A stretch of 64,000 bases of DNA, taken from positions 8,595,575-8,659,574 of the forward strand of contig NC_068982.1 of NCBI RefSeq assembly GCF_001194135.2. Reading direction: 5' to 3'. Every line of letters begins with the position of its first letter. Position 1 is the first letter of the stretch. Shown here in pieces: positions 1 through 14,100 of this stretch. Under the pieces are notes generated by a model. It worked only from the letters and a program-made list of their open reading frames with translations. It did no database searches and was not told where the DNA came from. Source of the stretch: Octopus bimaculoides (Eukaryota). The position numbers and the translations under genes are program-made.

Positions 1-64
<64 letters not shown>

Positions 65-1021
65 GATGTATATGTAAGCGCAGATCTGGCTCTGATTAAG
101 AAGTTCGCGTTTTGCAACCACGTGGCTTCCAGCTGACCAATGCCTCGATGTGTGTGTGTGTGTATGTATGGATGTATGTATGTATGCAGATATGTGTGTG
201 TGTGTAGGACAGAATAAGTATCAAAATTAAAAATAAATACCGTGGTCAATGTTTGACTAAAACAATTATGAAATCAAAAAGATGTATGCCCATGTACGCA
301 TATGTGTGTATATGTGTGTGTCTGTGTGCGCGCGTGTGTGATTGGAGTGTGTACATATTTATATATAATATATATATGTTTGTACGTTTATACCTTTATG
401 TATAAAGATATATATATATATATATATATAAACAATATATGAGTATATGCATATATATGTACATGTATGTATATACGTTCATCTACATGTACATATANNN
501 NNNNNNNNNNNNNNNNNNNNNNNNNNNNNNNNNNNNNNNNNNNNNNNNNNNNNNNNNNNNNNNNNNNNNNNNNNNNNNNNNNNNNNNNNNNNNNNNNNNN
601 NNNNNNNNNNNNNNNNNNNNNNNNNNNNNNNNNNNNNNNNNNNNNNNNNNNNNNNNNNNNNNNNNNNNNNNNNNNNNNNNNNNNNNNNNNNNNNNNNNNN
701 NNNNNNNNNNNNNNNNNNNNNNNNNNNNNNNNNNNNNNNNNNNNNNNNNNNNNNNNNNNNNNNNNNNNNNNNNNNNNNNNNNNNNNNNNNNNNNNNNNNN
801 NNNNNNNNNNNNNNNNNNNNNNNNNNNNNNNNNNNNNNNNNNNNNNNNNNNNNNNNNNNNNNNNNNNNNNNNNNNNNNNNNNNNNNNNNNNNNNNNNNNN
901 NNNNNNNNNNNNNNNNNNNNNNNNNNNNNNNNNNNNNNNNNNNNNNNNNNNNNNNNNNNNNNNNNNNNNNNNNNNNNNNNNNNNNNNNNNNNNNNNNNNN
1001 NNNNNNNNNNNNNNNNNNNNN

Positions 1022-1142
1022 CTTTGTAAGCCTAGTAGTTATTCTATTGGTCCATTTCGCCGAACAACTAAGTTACGGAGACGTAAAGATACCTGCATCG
1101 GTTGTCAATGGATGGTGGTGGACAAACACACACGCACGCACA

Positions 1143-1190
<48 letters not shown>

Positions 1191-1313
1191 TATACGACAG
1201 GCTTCTTTCAGTTTCCGTCCCACAAAGCTTTGGTCGGTCTGAGGCTATAGTAGATGACACTTACCCGAGGTTCCACGCAGTGGGACTGAACCCGAAACCA
1301 TGTGGTTGGGAAG
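1022..1313 (-). mobile_element. SINE family A (bipartite, internal microsatellite)
   Basis: cttcccaaccacatggtttcgggttcagtcccactgcgtgg ... gacggaaactgaaagaagc, then (TG)n, then tail cttgacaaccgatg ... gatagaata. Confidence 0.82.
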
Positions 1314-1904
1314 TAATAAATGAAACATGTATTGTAAATACAGAACGTCCTTAATTCTTCATCAGTTATCAACCAGATGGTATTACATAGTTTCGCATCG
1401 TTAATGATAAAACTGGGAACTTCCCATACTGGCGGTGCCCGCGAAAGATGCGGAGAATATAGGGCTGAGAGCAAACAAAACATGGATAACAAGCAATACA
1501 GAGTGGACATACGAAAGTGAATAAACGTAATTGAAGGCGATGGACAAAGACGAAATAAATAAGAAACGAGCAGAATAATATAGCCTCAGTGCCAAAAAAG
1601 ACCAGAATGATGGGTAACTCATAGAAGGCCATCCTAAATGATTAAGGAACAACAAAGTGCAGGACATGTGCTTAGGGGGGGGGGGCACAAAGTATTTAGG
1701 AACGGTCAGCTACGCGACCAGTGTGAAAAAAGGAAAGAAAGAAAGGCTGGGTACGGGACACACGTCAGCAGCAAGCAGAAGAGAAAGAGGCCAAGAGAGG
1801 GGGGGGAGAAANNNNNNNNNNAATGAAAAGAGTAAAGGCTAGAAATAGAAGTAATGGGGCTAGAGAAAGAAAAATGAAAAGAGTAAAGGCTAGAAATAGG
1901 CATA

Positions 1905-1935
<31 letters not shown>

Positions 1936-2660
1936 AAAGAAGGAGAAAGAGTTAAGGTTAGAAATAGTCGTATGGCTATATAAAGCTTACCGTTAATAAA
2001 AGCCACACAAACACACATATGTACATAGGTACATGCATACGTACATGCCTAAATGAGTGTGTGTGTGTGCGTGTGTTTGTGTGTGTAAAACATTTGATTC
2101 AATCGACACAAAAACTGAATAACAGAAATATCGTTTGAAGTAATACGCCATGTTGTAATGCGTTCCCTTTGAATAGTTCATTGGCTACTTGAAGGCATTG
2201 CGTGAATTTTATCTTTTTCACTCTGGATTTCAGAGATTTCTCGAATCGCGTTTATCCAAGCTTTCGTTTTCTAATATTCAGGATAAAAAAAAATATCTCT
2301 ATCAACATACTTCTAATAATCACTTAATTTGCCATACAAATATTAACCTATTGGCTAAAATCAATTGCGACCACATCTCACACAATATTAATGTTTTTCT
2401 GTAAAAGATCGTTCTGTAATCTATGCTTTAGAAGATCGTTGCTATCTGACTGTAATTATCTTGTGACATAATATAAGCAATTAGCTTGTTTGATGTAGCA
2501 AGATGCTGCTTTGATCTCATATTTTTCTGTACGCCTACATCTCAATATCGATTCATGTATAAAATGTGTGAAGGCTAAGCCTAGATTTATATGTTTTTAA
2601 TTATTATATTATTCCATGTTTTTAATTAATTGTAATTGAAGCATATCTACCCTGGAGTGA

Positions 2661-2867
2661 ATAACATCTGTTCGGGACAGGCAAGAAGCCGTCTGTACCG
2701 TCATAGATGTCAGCTGTCCTGCTGAAGTGAATATCTCTTTGAAAATCAAAGAAAGAGGCTATGTACAACTGCTTCGAAACATCCATCTTCTATATCCAGA
2801 TTATAAATCTACTTTTATACCAATAATAATTGGTGCACTTGGCTTTGTAGTTAAGTTTTCTGGATAA
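2661..2867 (+). mobile_element. R4-like non-LTR retrotransposon remnant, C-terminal restriction-like endonuclease (RLE)
   Basis: Manual translation: DRQEAVCTVIDVSCPAEVNISLKIKERGYVQLLRNIHLLYPDYKSTFIPIIIGALG. It matches the RLE tail pattern (C-x-I-I-D-[VI]-x-C-P ... P-I-I-[IV]-G-A) also seen in the R4 copy at 12.5 kb. It has no Met, so it is absent from the ORF track. Confidence 0.8.
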
Positions 2868-2947
2868 ACTTGGATTTTCAGAATAAGAAATGAACGAATG
2901 ATTCGGACATTATATATATAATCTGTAAGCGGAAAACTAGAGATAAG

Positions 2948-3379
2948 CAATTCTATATTAAAGAGATGAGGAATTATGTACATTATTTACATTATTTACA
3001 TTTGACGGATATTCGTCCTCGTGTTGCTTGTTGTTAACACAACGTTTCCGCTGATATACCCTCCAGCCTTCATCAAGTGTCTTGGGGAAATTTCGAACCT
3101 GGGTTCTCATTCCTAAAGTATTTTTCGATGTTGTTATTATTATTATGCCATATGCCAACGGGCATATGACGTAGTGATTAAGAGCGCGAGTTCGATTCTA
3201 GGCAGGGACATGAATAATAATAATAATAATAATAGCATCGAAAGAATACCTTAGGAATGAGAACCCAGGTTCGAAATTTTCCCAAGACACCTGATAAAGG
3301 CTTGAGGGTATATCAGCTGAAACGTTGTGTTAACAACAAACAATATGAGGACAAATATCCGTCAAATATAAATAATGTA
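2948..3379. mobile_element. Palindromic tRNA-head/hammerhead element, copy 1 (both arms, internal deletions)
   Basis: Left arm ~2991-3145 is the reverse complement of right arm ~3213-3379. Centre gccatatgcc-aac-gggcatatgac at 3147-3170. HHR-like motifs at 3035-3081 (-) and 3286-3331 (+). The left end matches the terminus of copies 2 and 3. Confidence 0.85.
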
Positions 3380-4839
3380 GAGACATGCAAGATCACAAGT
3401 TTAAAATGTGACGTCGTTTTCGTTATCTAAATTCCGAAGACGGAGCTTTGTATTCTGTTAGAAACTTGCTCGTTCCTCAGAGAAAGAATCTAAATAATTA
3501 AACACAGAAAAGAGATATACATACTCGCACGCACGTTCAAACAAGTATGCACTCATTTACATATATTCAGATGTTAATTAATTTAATTTATATCTTAGGT
3601 ACTCAAGGTCAATTTGTGAATATTTTCTGACAAGCCATGTTATCGGACGTTCATACAGACGAAGTAGATGGTCAAAGAAATTCAAGTATTTCCCCATAAA
3701 CACTGAAGTAGCTTCTATGTTAAATTGAATTCGTAGTCATTGATAGAAATGGAGAAAATAGTAAAAGAAAGATTTTCATCCTAAGGCCTTAGGATATTAT
3801 CGATCTGCACCCAGGACTAATACAATCAGCCACTATCGTAATTATTTTTCGTCTGTTTCGACTGTCTGGTGTTTAACTTAATTTGTCAATTCATTGCTCT
3901 GGCGTTCATAGCTCTTAGAAATTTAATCATAATATGAATGTATTTTGTTGAAGTTTTAACGTTTAAAATGTACGTTACTAAAATTAACGTCTACTTGTTT
4001 CTTTCTGTATTGTACGTTTCGTTTTCTATATTTTTTATACTTGTGATTAACCTCCTAATGTTCCAAGGGAAAGCTGCAGCACACATAAGGTTGTGCCTTG
4101 TCATGAAATGAGGGAACTGACCAGCGACTGTGATATAGTGTATTTGCAGTATGATGAATGTTGCAAATATAGTTTGTCTTGTCTTTCAGACAAGACAAAT
4201 ACTTTGGTACTGTAATTTTGGTATTTTCAGCCAGATTTTTAAATATTGCTATCGTTTTATATTTCATCTTTTCTAAGGTCTTCCAATGAAAGTGAGCTTA
4301 TTCATTCATATATTAGAAAGAAATTCAAATGAGTTTGTACCTTTAGTTCTTTCGTTATGGTCAGTAGACATGTAACAAGTTATACTCGCTATTCAGTGGA
4401 AAGTATATTCTGGAAAAACTTGAAGTAATTCAGCTGCTTAAGTTTAGAATCCCTTCAGTATTAAATACTTCTTTACATAAAGTGTAATTTTTAGAGGGGA
4501 GATTTAAGTGTCTTCAGCTTTACTAGAACACAGTACTTGTGACAAATTGAAACGGCTAAGTTTCAGTACTATTGTGTGAGGCCAATAATTGTTTATATTT
4601 TCCCAAACGAAATGAGCTGCAGCATTTGACGTACATTTTGTTGGGTTTCGTAGCAGCAAGCAGATGAGATATACATAATATCTATGGTTGAGAGTGGTTT
4701 AACTAAGTGCATTCATCATTGGGAACTGAATTCTTTCCTTTAGACTAACGAATTCCTGTCGAGGTCAGTGATACAGTCATTGTCTGGAGCGTCTGTTAAG
4801 GTTTACGTGATACATATGCAGCCATTGTTCCTTCAAATT

Positions 4840-5003
4840 AGGGCGGCGAATTGGCAAAATCATTAGCACACCGGGTGAAATGCTTGGCAGCATTTCGACT
4901 GCCGTTACGTTCTGAGTTCAAATTCCGCCGAGATCGACTTTCCTTTTCATTCTTTCGGGGTCTATTAAATAAGTACCATTTACGCATTGGGGTCGATGTA
5001 ATT
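4840..5003 (+). mobile_element. tRNA-headed SINE family B (Meta-domain-like core)
   Basis: ggcggcgaattggcaaaatcattagcac ... ctgagttcaaattccgccgag (B-box-like) ... ttcattctttcggggtc..taaataagtacca. Homologous copies at 33.3, 41.7-43.1, 47.5, 57.0, 61.0 and 63.7 kb. Confidence 0.8.
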
Positions 5004-5233
5004 TTAAATGAAACATTTAATATGGTAGTCAATCTCTTGCTAAAATTTGATAGCAGTAAATAAATTTTGATACAGACGAATTATTGTTCAAAATGCAAAT
5101 CGTGACATTTAATGTCCTCTCATCGTAGCGTAAACATTAATCCTAATACGATTTAAACTATTTACGATAAAACCACCCTCGTAACTCTTTCTTTCACGCA
5201 CGCACAACACACAAACACACACAAACAAATATA

Positions 5234-5271
<38 letters not shown>

Positions 5272-5272
<1 letters not shown>

Positions 5273-6390
5273 TGGGACCCCCCATAAATAATGCGGTTTT
5301 TTTACACTTCTTTTATTTCTCAAAGTTACGATGAACAAAGAAAGTTCTTTTTAAATCTAAAATATACACTCCTTCATTTTCAACAATGCTCTTCTATCTA
5401 TTTGGTAGACTTGCAAGGCCCCTCGTCCAAAATTCACTTGTCCGTGACGATAAATACTCCTCCAGTATTGTTCTAACCTCGTCTACAGAATTTATATTAT
5501 TTCCATCCAATTGAATTTGAAGACTGCAGAATAAATGAAAATCAGATGCGGCATTGTCCGACGAATATGGTGGGTGGGGCATCGTTTCCTATTCAAACTG
5601 CTCCAGCCTTTGGAATGTCATCCTTGCTGTATGTGGCCGAGCATTATCCTGATGGAAGAACACCTTTCGTCTCGAAAGCAAAGATGCTCGTTTTCTTCTA
5701 GCTCTGACTAAAGCCGCCCAGGCTGTCCGCAGATCTCCTTTGTTATCATTTGGTTTGAATTTAAAAGTTCAAAGTGGACAAAACATTTCATATCCCACCA
5801 AACAGATAACAGCAGCTTACGTGATCGAAGCCCTTTAGCCTGGGATGCCAGTGTTTCTTCTCCTCCTACCCATTTTCTTCGTCACTTGACATTTTTATAG
5901 AGAACACATTTCTCGTCACCAGTCACTATTCGGTCCAAAAAAGGTTCATTCGTGATACATAACTGCAAAGAAGAGCACCCATTCACTCTCTGATAGCAAT
6001 TAGGCCCGGAAGTTTGTGAGGAACACATTGACCCAATGTCCTGACTTTCCCGATGGTACGTAGTTGAATGACCAATTCCAAGCTCTCTGGTAGTTCTTCA
6101 ACAGCTACGATGTGATTTTGTTCCACCGGGGTTTGCAGGATGTCCTCGTCAAGCTCTACAGATCTTCCAGCACGAGGCTCGCCTTCTAGGCTGAGTTTCC
6201 GGCTCGGAATTTCTGGAATCACCGTTGACACTAGCTTACGCTTATTGTCCAGTCTCCATAGACTGCATTAATATTCCTCGCATTTTCCGTTGCGTAGTTG
6301 CTTTTGTTGAACTCATAAAGCGAAATATGCCGAATCTGCTCCTTTGAGAGAAAAGCAGATAGAAATAGTATAGAAAGCTGTTGGATACAA
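5272..6390 (-). mobile_element. Mariner (DD34D-type) transposon remnant, pseudogenised transposase
   Basis: HPPYSSDNAASDFHLF (mariner HPPYSPDLAPSD motif) in ORF 5394-5582; FLDRIVTGDEK at ~5910-5945; N-terminal HTH-like region in ORF 5983-6231. TIR-like end after TA at 5272; the partner TIR was not found. Confidence 0.88.
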
Positions 6391-7499
6391 TATACCTACA
6401 ATTGAAGCGGTGAGACGAGGCTATAACTGTGGATAACTTTAAATGTACATAAGGGTGTAGAGCAGTGAGTGATTATTAGAATATCGATTATGAGAATTCG
6501 ATTATTAGGTGGTTCAATTGCTCAAATACAAATAAATAAACGCAGCCTACTGGAATACGCATCACTAATCTAACGGTGCATTCCTTCCTAGTTACTTTAA
6601 AATTCTGACTCTCCTTTTCATGCTCCATTAGTATCACTATCGCAGTAAAGTCAGTAGAAGCTGACGCACATTGGTATCCATTCCAACTCTCATACATCTT
6701 TCGCTTGTAGATTTCCGACTCATTGTTATTAACACAAATTAAAAATGGGAATCGAAATCATGGTATGATGTCCGGTCAAGTCATTTGTTTATGGAAATGA
6801 CGTGGGGGGAACCTATATTTAGAAATAGATATGTTGATAGATTTGATATACATTCATAATCGATTGGAAGAAATAGATTAGATATAAGGCTAGAATGCAC
6901 AGCGTGTGTCACGTTAGTAACTTTGAAGATGGATTGCAGCTGTCATGTACAAAATTTTATATTGTGTTATTGATTTTTTTAATAAATGGGGATTTTAAAA
7001 CTAGACTACTTATTAACTCAGTTTTTAACAGGAAATATTTACATGAACACACACACATGCTATGCACATGTTAAATTAATTTTAAAATATTCGATGGTGA
7101 AATATAGAGCTATGTCAGTTATGAAAGTCTGACATTTTAATCAATATTTGCATTGTTTGTAGCCTTGTTTTAAAAATGACAAATATGTATATCTTAGTTT
7201 ATATGCATGTAAATTACTATTTCTTTTTTATTATGATTGTACTATTCCACTACACTGCCATACGTAGTTCTACTGTTAGATTGTTTTCTCTTCATATAAC
7301 TTCTTGCATAAACTCAATTACGCCATGACAATAGATTTATCATCTCTTTACTAAGATTGAGCAACCAGACAAAATATTATGGTTCCCTCTCCATCTACAT
7401 ATATCATTCTGCTACTTAATGGAGTCTGATTAATTAAATAATTTTGGTGGGTTTTGGAGAGAGGGTTTTAAAGTCTGGACGAATATTCGTTTTTCGGTT

Positions 7500-8030
7500 T
7501 AAAATCCTTAGTCGACAAGCAAGTTCTGCGGTTTTCCGTAAGGCCACACCTAGAATACTGCTCCCCACTGTGATCTCCACACACCAAACAAAACATTACG
7601 AGAATTGAGGAACCCCAAAGAGCGTTCACTAAAAGATAAACTGCAAGACTGATCTTCATTATTGGGACCCCCATCAAACATTGGATCTTTATTCTCTCTA
7701 GCGAAGCCTTCAGCGCGATATCATTTGTATAATATTGAAAATATAACACCAGCATTGCCCAAATGACCTTAATATCAGATTCAGAAATGAACTGGAGCCA
7801 CGTGCCATACACCCCTAAACAATTCTGGCTCACAACACATAGATCAGTGTAACACAATTCTTTTCCTTCACCGGCTTTGCTCTATTTAACAATGTCTCAG
7901 AATAAAACAAAGAAGAAAAACATACCATCACATTGAAACGAAACCTGGACAAAATACTTGGAGGGATATCTAAAAAATGCCACTGTTCGAGATAAATATA
8001 ATCTTTGTCAGATTTGGCAGTTGTATTCCA
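7500..8030 (+). mobile_element. CR1-clade LINE 3' ORF2 remnant
   Basis: Plus strand reads VRPHLEYCSPL*SPHTKQNITRIEEPQRAFTKR; clearly homologous to the copy at 22853-23450. Confidence 0.8.
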
Positions 8031-11000
8031 AATGCTCGCATTAGTTGGGTTTTCTCTTTCGAGTATTTCTTCCTGGTTTAGCATCCAGCTGAGATTATTA
8101 CAAATATCATTTATTGGGACAACTAAATTAGTGATAAAGTGGGAAGTACGTTGAAGAACGAAACTCAGCGCATTTTCAGCTCCAATCATTTTATCTCACC
8201 CTCCCAACATCTGCGTACTCCTAGTTACTAATTCCTATTTTCATCACTACGTTAACAATATGGACGCCTGTTGACTTTATCACTGTTTTAAGTGTTAATA
8301 TAGTACAACTATAATATTATTACCTTACATTTTCTTTCTTTTTATGTATTTACATTGTCTATTCCATTGATTCCTATCTGTAAGCTGATGTGTGGTCTTA
8401 TTTTGTCTCCGTTCATTATTTAATATTTCATGAGTATTCATCAATTTTTAATTCCTCTTACATTTAAGTTGCTTTGGCACACTCTTCTAATCAATTTCTC
8501 TAATACCGTCATATAAATTTCTCTAAAGAATAATAAGCAGCATTCCCTCTATAGCAGTGATTCTTGTTGAATATTTGCAACGTAGGAGGCGAGGTCAATC
8601 ATATACAAAAGTAGGCAGATTACTTAATGTTGCCACGTAAAGCATATAAGAAATACAGTCGAGCATCGTCTGGTATTCAATTCGTCTATTATTTCCACAG
8701 TTCTTCCTCTTTCTAAAAGTTTTTTGTTCTCTGATTTGCCCAAATGTAATTGATTTTTATATCCGTATAATAATATCTATTGTTCTAAAGATATGTCGCT
8801 TTGCAGATATTTATTTATCCACTGTAGTAATTTTAGTGTTTTAAAAGCTGTAGAATATCAAGTTCTATGTTGTGCAGCTTTTAGGGCTTACTTTCTATTT
8901 AACACTTGGCATTAAAATGATTTTTCTCTTTAGTACAACGATCAGGGGCTATTTGTGACTTTTCCGTGTCTCCTACAACATAGTATTCTGTGAAACATTT
9001 TAAGCAGACGTCTCAAGGTTCTCATGGGCTATTTCGCGTCTGCTTTACATTAAGTCTTTGACGACTAGTTTAATAATGTTGTTACTGTTTCACAGTTCTG
9101 TTTTATCTTTGGGGAAGTTTTCGGTTGTCTATAGGGATATCTCTTGATTTCAATTCTTGAAATATATTCCGTTTAAATTATTGTCCAGTGAATGTATATC
9201 CATCTTGAAAATATCCTATTTTCAATCCTCCTCATTCTATTGTTAATTTGTGTTTTATGTTGTTTTATTTTGGGTTGTCTTGATCCAGGGTTCAAGGATT
9301 TGATTTTGCTGCATTCGGTTATTTACTTTGTTGTTACATACAGCTTCTTTTTGTTTGTTATTTATTGTTATTTGTTTGTTCGTTAAGCACTCGTTGTTTT
9401 TTGCAGGATTTACACATATCCGTACCGTATAAATTTCGACTTTGAAAATACATCTACTTCAACTTAGTCATTCGTAACAGAGTGCTAAGTTAAGGTTAAA
9501 CTGAATTTGTTATCAAATTCTATACGAGAATATGCTAACAGACTTGCGTTTAAGAGTCAAGTATAGATGTAAAAAATGAATGTAGGTTAGAAATCTTTGT
9601 TTAACAATGTTATTGTTGTTTTTATGGCCGTTGTTGTAGCTACTTGTCCTAGCAAGATATGTTACGTATGAAACCCATATATGGACTCTCAATGTCCTCT
9701 CAAATATAACCTAAGATAGCTGCACTTAAAATCTACATGATTAACACCTCCCAGCTTAGCACAGACTACTTTGCACATATCATTTCCAATTAGAAAATTC
9801 TCATTTCAGGCAAGATTATCTAAGTGAAAGATATGGAGAACATTGTGTCGCAAGAACTCGGTTCCTTTCTCTGAGAAATTGGTTCGAGCCTGCGTCAGAA
9901 GGAAGGCTCATACTTTCATCTCGGGAAGAAAAGAGGGACTTTTTGTGAGCCCATTGAATGGATTGTATCTGCGATTCAAAGATCAATTTTTACAAAACAT
10001 TGTACTACGTTAATTTTTTCTAAGGTTTATTCTAAAGTTGTATTCGTCTTCGGAATATTCAGCCAGAAATGTGCCAATTTATTTATATGCATCCGGTTTA
10101 AATACAATAAATCTGGATTTGCATTGACCATGTTAGAAAGTATCTACTGTCTTCTATGTGTTTCTATCTATACTATACTCCTGTATATCGATCCCGAAAT
10201 CCACGTTCCCATGAAGCAAGTGATCAATCAGTATAAATTCTGTAGTTGTTCTGATCTAACTAACACATATTTCTTTCTCATACATGTAGATCAAGTCACA
10301 TTGTTGACAGTGGGGTTTCTCCATTACTGCTAAATGAGATTGAAGTCGAGGCAATGTCCTTTGCTATTTTCGTGGCTTCTTTTACTATTTTCTGTGATTT
10401 GCTTTTTATTAAGTTTAGCCGATGTTCGATGCTTTCTCATTACTCACGTCTTCTAACTTTTAGAGACGCAAAGCTTTCTAGAAGCTCTTCTTGTCTTAAG
10501 AAATATAACAGTTGAGCTTTCTGCAGTGCATCGTTGCTTTTGTTTCTGCTCCCACGACGACTTAGAATGGTTCTCTGGTTTTGAAGGGTTACAAGGAATT
10601 ACAATTCATTTCTTTCACCTCCAGGTCGCATATTATTTCTCTTAATCTCGCTTACACCCACTCATATTAAAAAAAGTATTAAGCACGGCGTCTGTTCTGA
10701 AGTCAATACCTGTGACTTTTCCTGAATCAGATTATTGAACAAATCTCTAGTTTGAACAAAATGGCAGCCTCAAATTGTAAAAAAACTGATCGTTTGGACA
10801 TTACAAAATTTCAGTTAAGTCATACAAAAAAAAAATCAATGTTTAGAACGTAAAAATAACAGCCTAGTCGTGGGACGATTCTTCGAAGGACAGTCTTTGA
10901 ATTATGCTTCGTCCACTGATGGCTGAAGATAGAAGTCGTGTGATTCGTGGTGGCGGACATGAAAGAACCGAACATAGACTCTGCCAAATATTCCGTGGTA

Positions 11001-12277
11001 TTGTAGAAACTTCCAATGAGTGCTGACGTGGTTCGTTTCCAATCATGAACGTGGGAAATTAAATATTTTAACATCCAGCAATATACACAGACAAAAACAC
11101 ATGGCCACAAATGGGCCGTCATTTGAACGAAAATTATGCGGTTGTTCGATCATCTGTACGACCTGCGCATTAATTGATAGGGTGTCAAGACGTAATCATG
11201 GAACACACCTACAGAAACCAGTCTTTTTTCCCTAAGGTCGAAGGCGGTCAACTTTTTCGCCGCACGCTCTTGGTTTAATTCACCAGGAAAGGAGAAGATG
11301 CTCTTTGTGACAATCTGCAGTCCACTTCCTTCATTTTTACACTGTTTTAAATTTCTGAAATCAAGCGGGAAATATTATAGCATAGAAAGAAAGTGGCTGC
11401 CCATCTCTCGGGAACAGAGAGTCACCTCGTGAAGCCTCGTTTAATAACTGCTGGAAATAAGTTGTACTGTCGGAAGGTCATTTTGCCAATAAAATGCACA
11501 ACCATTTATATTTCACTTGTTAAATAATTAACTTAGTAAATCAATTTCACGATCAGTCGTTTGATAAATCTGTGTTTGTAATTTTCCCGAGTCCTTTTAT
11601 AACAAACAGGATGTGAATTTATCGCGGGTACGCCTTCATCTGTTCAGCTGTAAGTTTTACACTGATTTCTCGCTTATTTTGTTTTAGTATGTATATTTTA
11701 TAATGATTGGATTGAATATGCGAGCCCGTCATTCAAATTGGATTGGCTTTATATTTTCTGTGCCCTGGGTTTTGCTGGTCAATATCTATAAATTTATGTT
11801 GTGCTTGAATGTGTGTGCTTGTGTGTAAGGAGCGGGCATGCGTGTATATTGTTTATTCAAATATTAATTGGTTAGGTAGATCGTGGGGGCTGTTGGCGAG
11901 GGTGTTTGTAGATAGGTGTATTGATCTTCTGACATTAGGCTTTTGGTTCTAAATAAATAATAATTAACGTATATCAATTTACTCACGCAAGTACTGATTA
12001 CATACAAACATATATACGCACACGCACACGCGCGCGCATTCACGCATCCATACATATAAATGCGTATAATTAAATTACGTTGTCGAGGCATCATGTTTCC
12101 CTTTGCCATTTCGATACTACACTTATGTTGGTTTCTTAAGCTTGTACTCACACCCCTTTTCGCTATATGCCTTCTGGTGGTGCTCTCTTACATCGCCCTG
12201 CTAATCATCGCATAGAGTACACTACGTTTCTACAAATAATGATGCTGGTCTACTCCTGTATTACCCATCCTCACTTA

Positions 12278-12382
12278 TGCACCAATTACTATTGGTATCA
12301 TGTCTACTTTCCTCATTGACCACAACCTTTGTATTTCCCACTTGAAATCTTCATAGTTGTTTAATTTTTCTTTTTCTTTCAC
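12278..12382 (-). mobile_element. Second R4/Dong-like RLE C-terminal fragment
   Basis: Manual translation VKEKEKLNNYEDFKWEIQRLWSMRKVDMIPIVIGA, paralogous to EVKQLWSMKKVEVVPIIVGA in ORF 12531-12902. Confidence 0.75.
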
Positions 12383-12427
12383 ATCATTATTGTTGTTCTT
12401 GTTTTTATTATTATTATCATTATTATT

Positions 12428-13210
12428 GTCTTTGCACAGCTTCTAACGCTGGAGATGTACCACGGTGTCAGCTGTTCACTACCGGTGCTGTTTTTTGCAA
12501 ATGTTCCACCCTCATTGCAGCCACTATTTGTTACAGGTACTTCTCAAGATTTTTACTCGCTGTTCTCATGGCTCCGACAATTATTGGCACTACTTCCACC
12601 TTTTTCATCGACCACAACTGCTTTACCTCCCATGCTAACCTGTCATATCTATCGACTTTTCTTTCTTCCTTATCGCATACCTTGTTGTCAGTTGGGCATG
12701 CTATATCTATGATCCAGCATCGTTTGCTTTCTTTCTCAATTAACACTATGTCTGGTTTCCTATTCTCTATCTCATGGTCGCACTGAATCATAAAATCCCA
12801 TACGATCTTTCTATTACTTTCGAGGAGGCCTTCGGGTTTATGTTCGTACCACTTATTTTGCTCTGTCAAGTCCATACTTGCTGCAAAATGTCCAAAGGAC
12901 AATCATTGCTATATTGTCATGACGTCTCTTATATACTTTCTGGGCTAGTGGCGTACATTGACTGGTAATATGCCATAAGGCTTCACCATTTTGTCCACAA
13001 ATTCTGCATTTATCATTTTCTGATGTGTTGTCTATTCTGTATTTGATGTAATTCGTTCTTAGTGCTTGCTCTTGGGCAGCACAGACTAGAGCCTTCATTT
13101 CCGGTTTTAAATCACTTTTAGTCATCCATAGCCATCTTTTTTCTCTGTTTCTCTTATCTTCAGCATCCCTATGAAATTGTCGTGTAGTCCTATGGTATTA
13201 AACTGCATAT
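12428..13210 (-). mobile_element. 5'-truncated R4/Dong-like non-LTR retrotransposon (CCHC knuckle + RLE + 3' UTR)
   Basis: CRICGQNGEALWHITSQC zinc knuckle and KRRHDNIA (ORF 12853-13125); NRKPDIVLIEKESKRCWIIDIACP PD-D endonuclease (ORF 12531-12902). The 3' end runs into degenerate (AAT)n at ~12383-12427. Confidence 0.93.
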
Positions 13211-13483
13211 ATTTTTGTATAGACATTCGAGTGTATCCGTAATTAATCAATGTATGTACTTACTGCTTCATTCAACTTATATTCTATAACTTGTAAACTT
13301 CCCGATGTTGATTTCACATGTGTGTTTCGCACGTTTCACTGAGACATCGTCCATGGGAGAAACTGTGGTTTGTATGGCAGTAACATTTTGTTTTGGTGCT
13401 GTTTTTATTTTTTGCGAAAAGGCCGCTTACTTCAAGTCTTCTACAGGTTCCTTTATCCCCTTCCACCGATGCTATTAGATTAG

Positions 13484-13565
<82 letters not shown>

Positions 13566-14100
13566 ATTATTATCCTCATTTGCCAAATAGACACNNNNNN
13601 NNNNNNNNNNNNNNNNNNNNNNNNNNNNNNNNNNNNNNNNNNNNNNNNNNNNNNNNNNNNNNNNNNNNNNNNNNNNNNNNNNNNNNNNNNNNNNNNNNNN
13701 NNNNNNNNNNNNNNNNNNNNNNNNNNNNNNNNNNNNNNNNNNNNNNNNNNNNNNNNNNNNNNNNNNNNNNNNNNNNNNNNNNNNNNNNNNNNNNNNNNNN
13801 NNNNNNNNNNNNNNNNNNNNNNNNNNNNNNNNNNNNNNNNNNNNNNNNNNNNNNNNNNNNNNNNNNNNNNNNNNNNNNNNNNNNNNNNNNNNNNNNNNNN
13901 NNNNNNNNNNNNNNNNNNNNNNNNNNNNNNNNNNNNNNNNNNNNNNNNNNNNNNNNNNNNNNNNNNNNNNNNNNNNNNNNNNNNNNNNNNNNNNNNNNNN
14001 NNNNNNNNNNNNNNNNNNNNNNNNNNNNNNNNNTATAAATATATATATATATATGTTCTTCACTCGTTTATTACTGTCCGTCTTTTAACTCATGTTCATT

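Noticed and set aside
1369-1688. Hydrophobic minus-strand ORFs resembling membrane-protein or GPCR helices
   Set aside because: Two overlapping frames are both hydrophobic because the plus strand is purine-rich; there are no receptor motifs, and a stop lies just upstream of the 1369-1632 frame.
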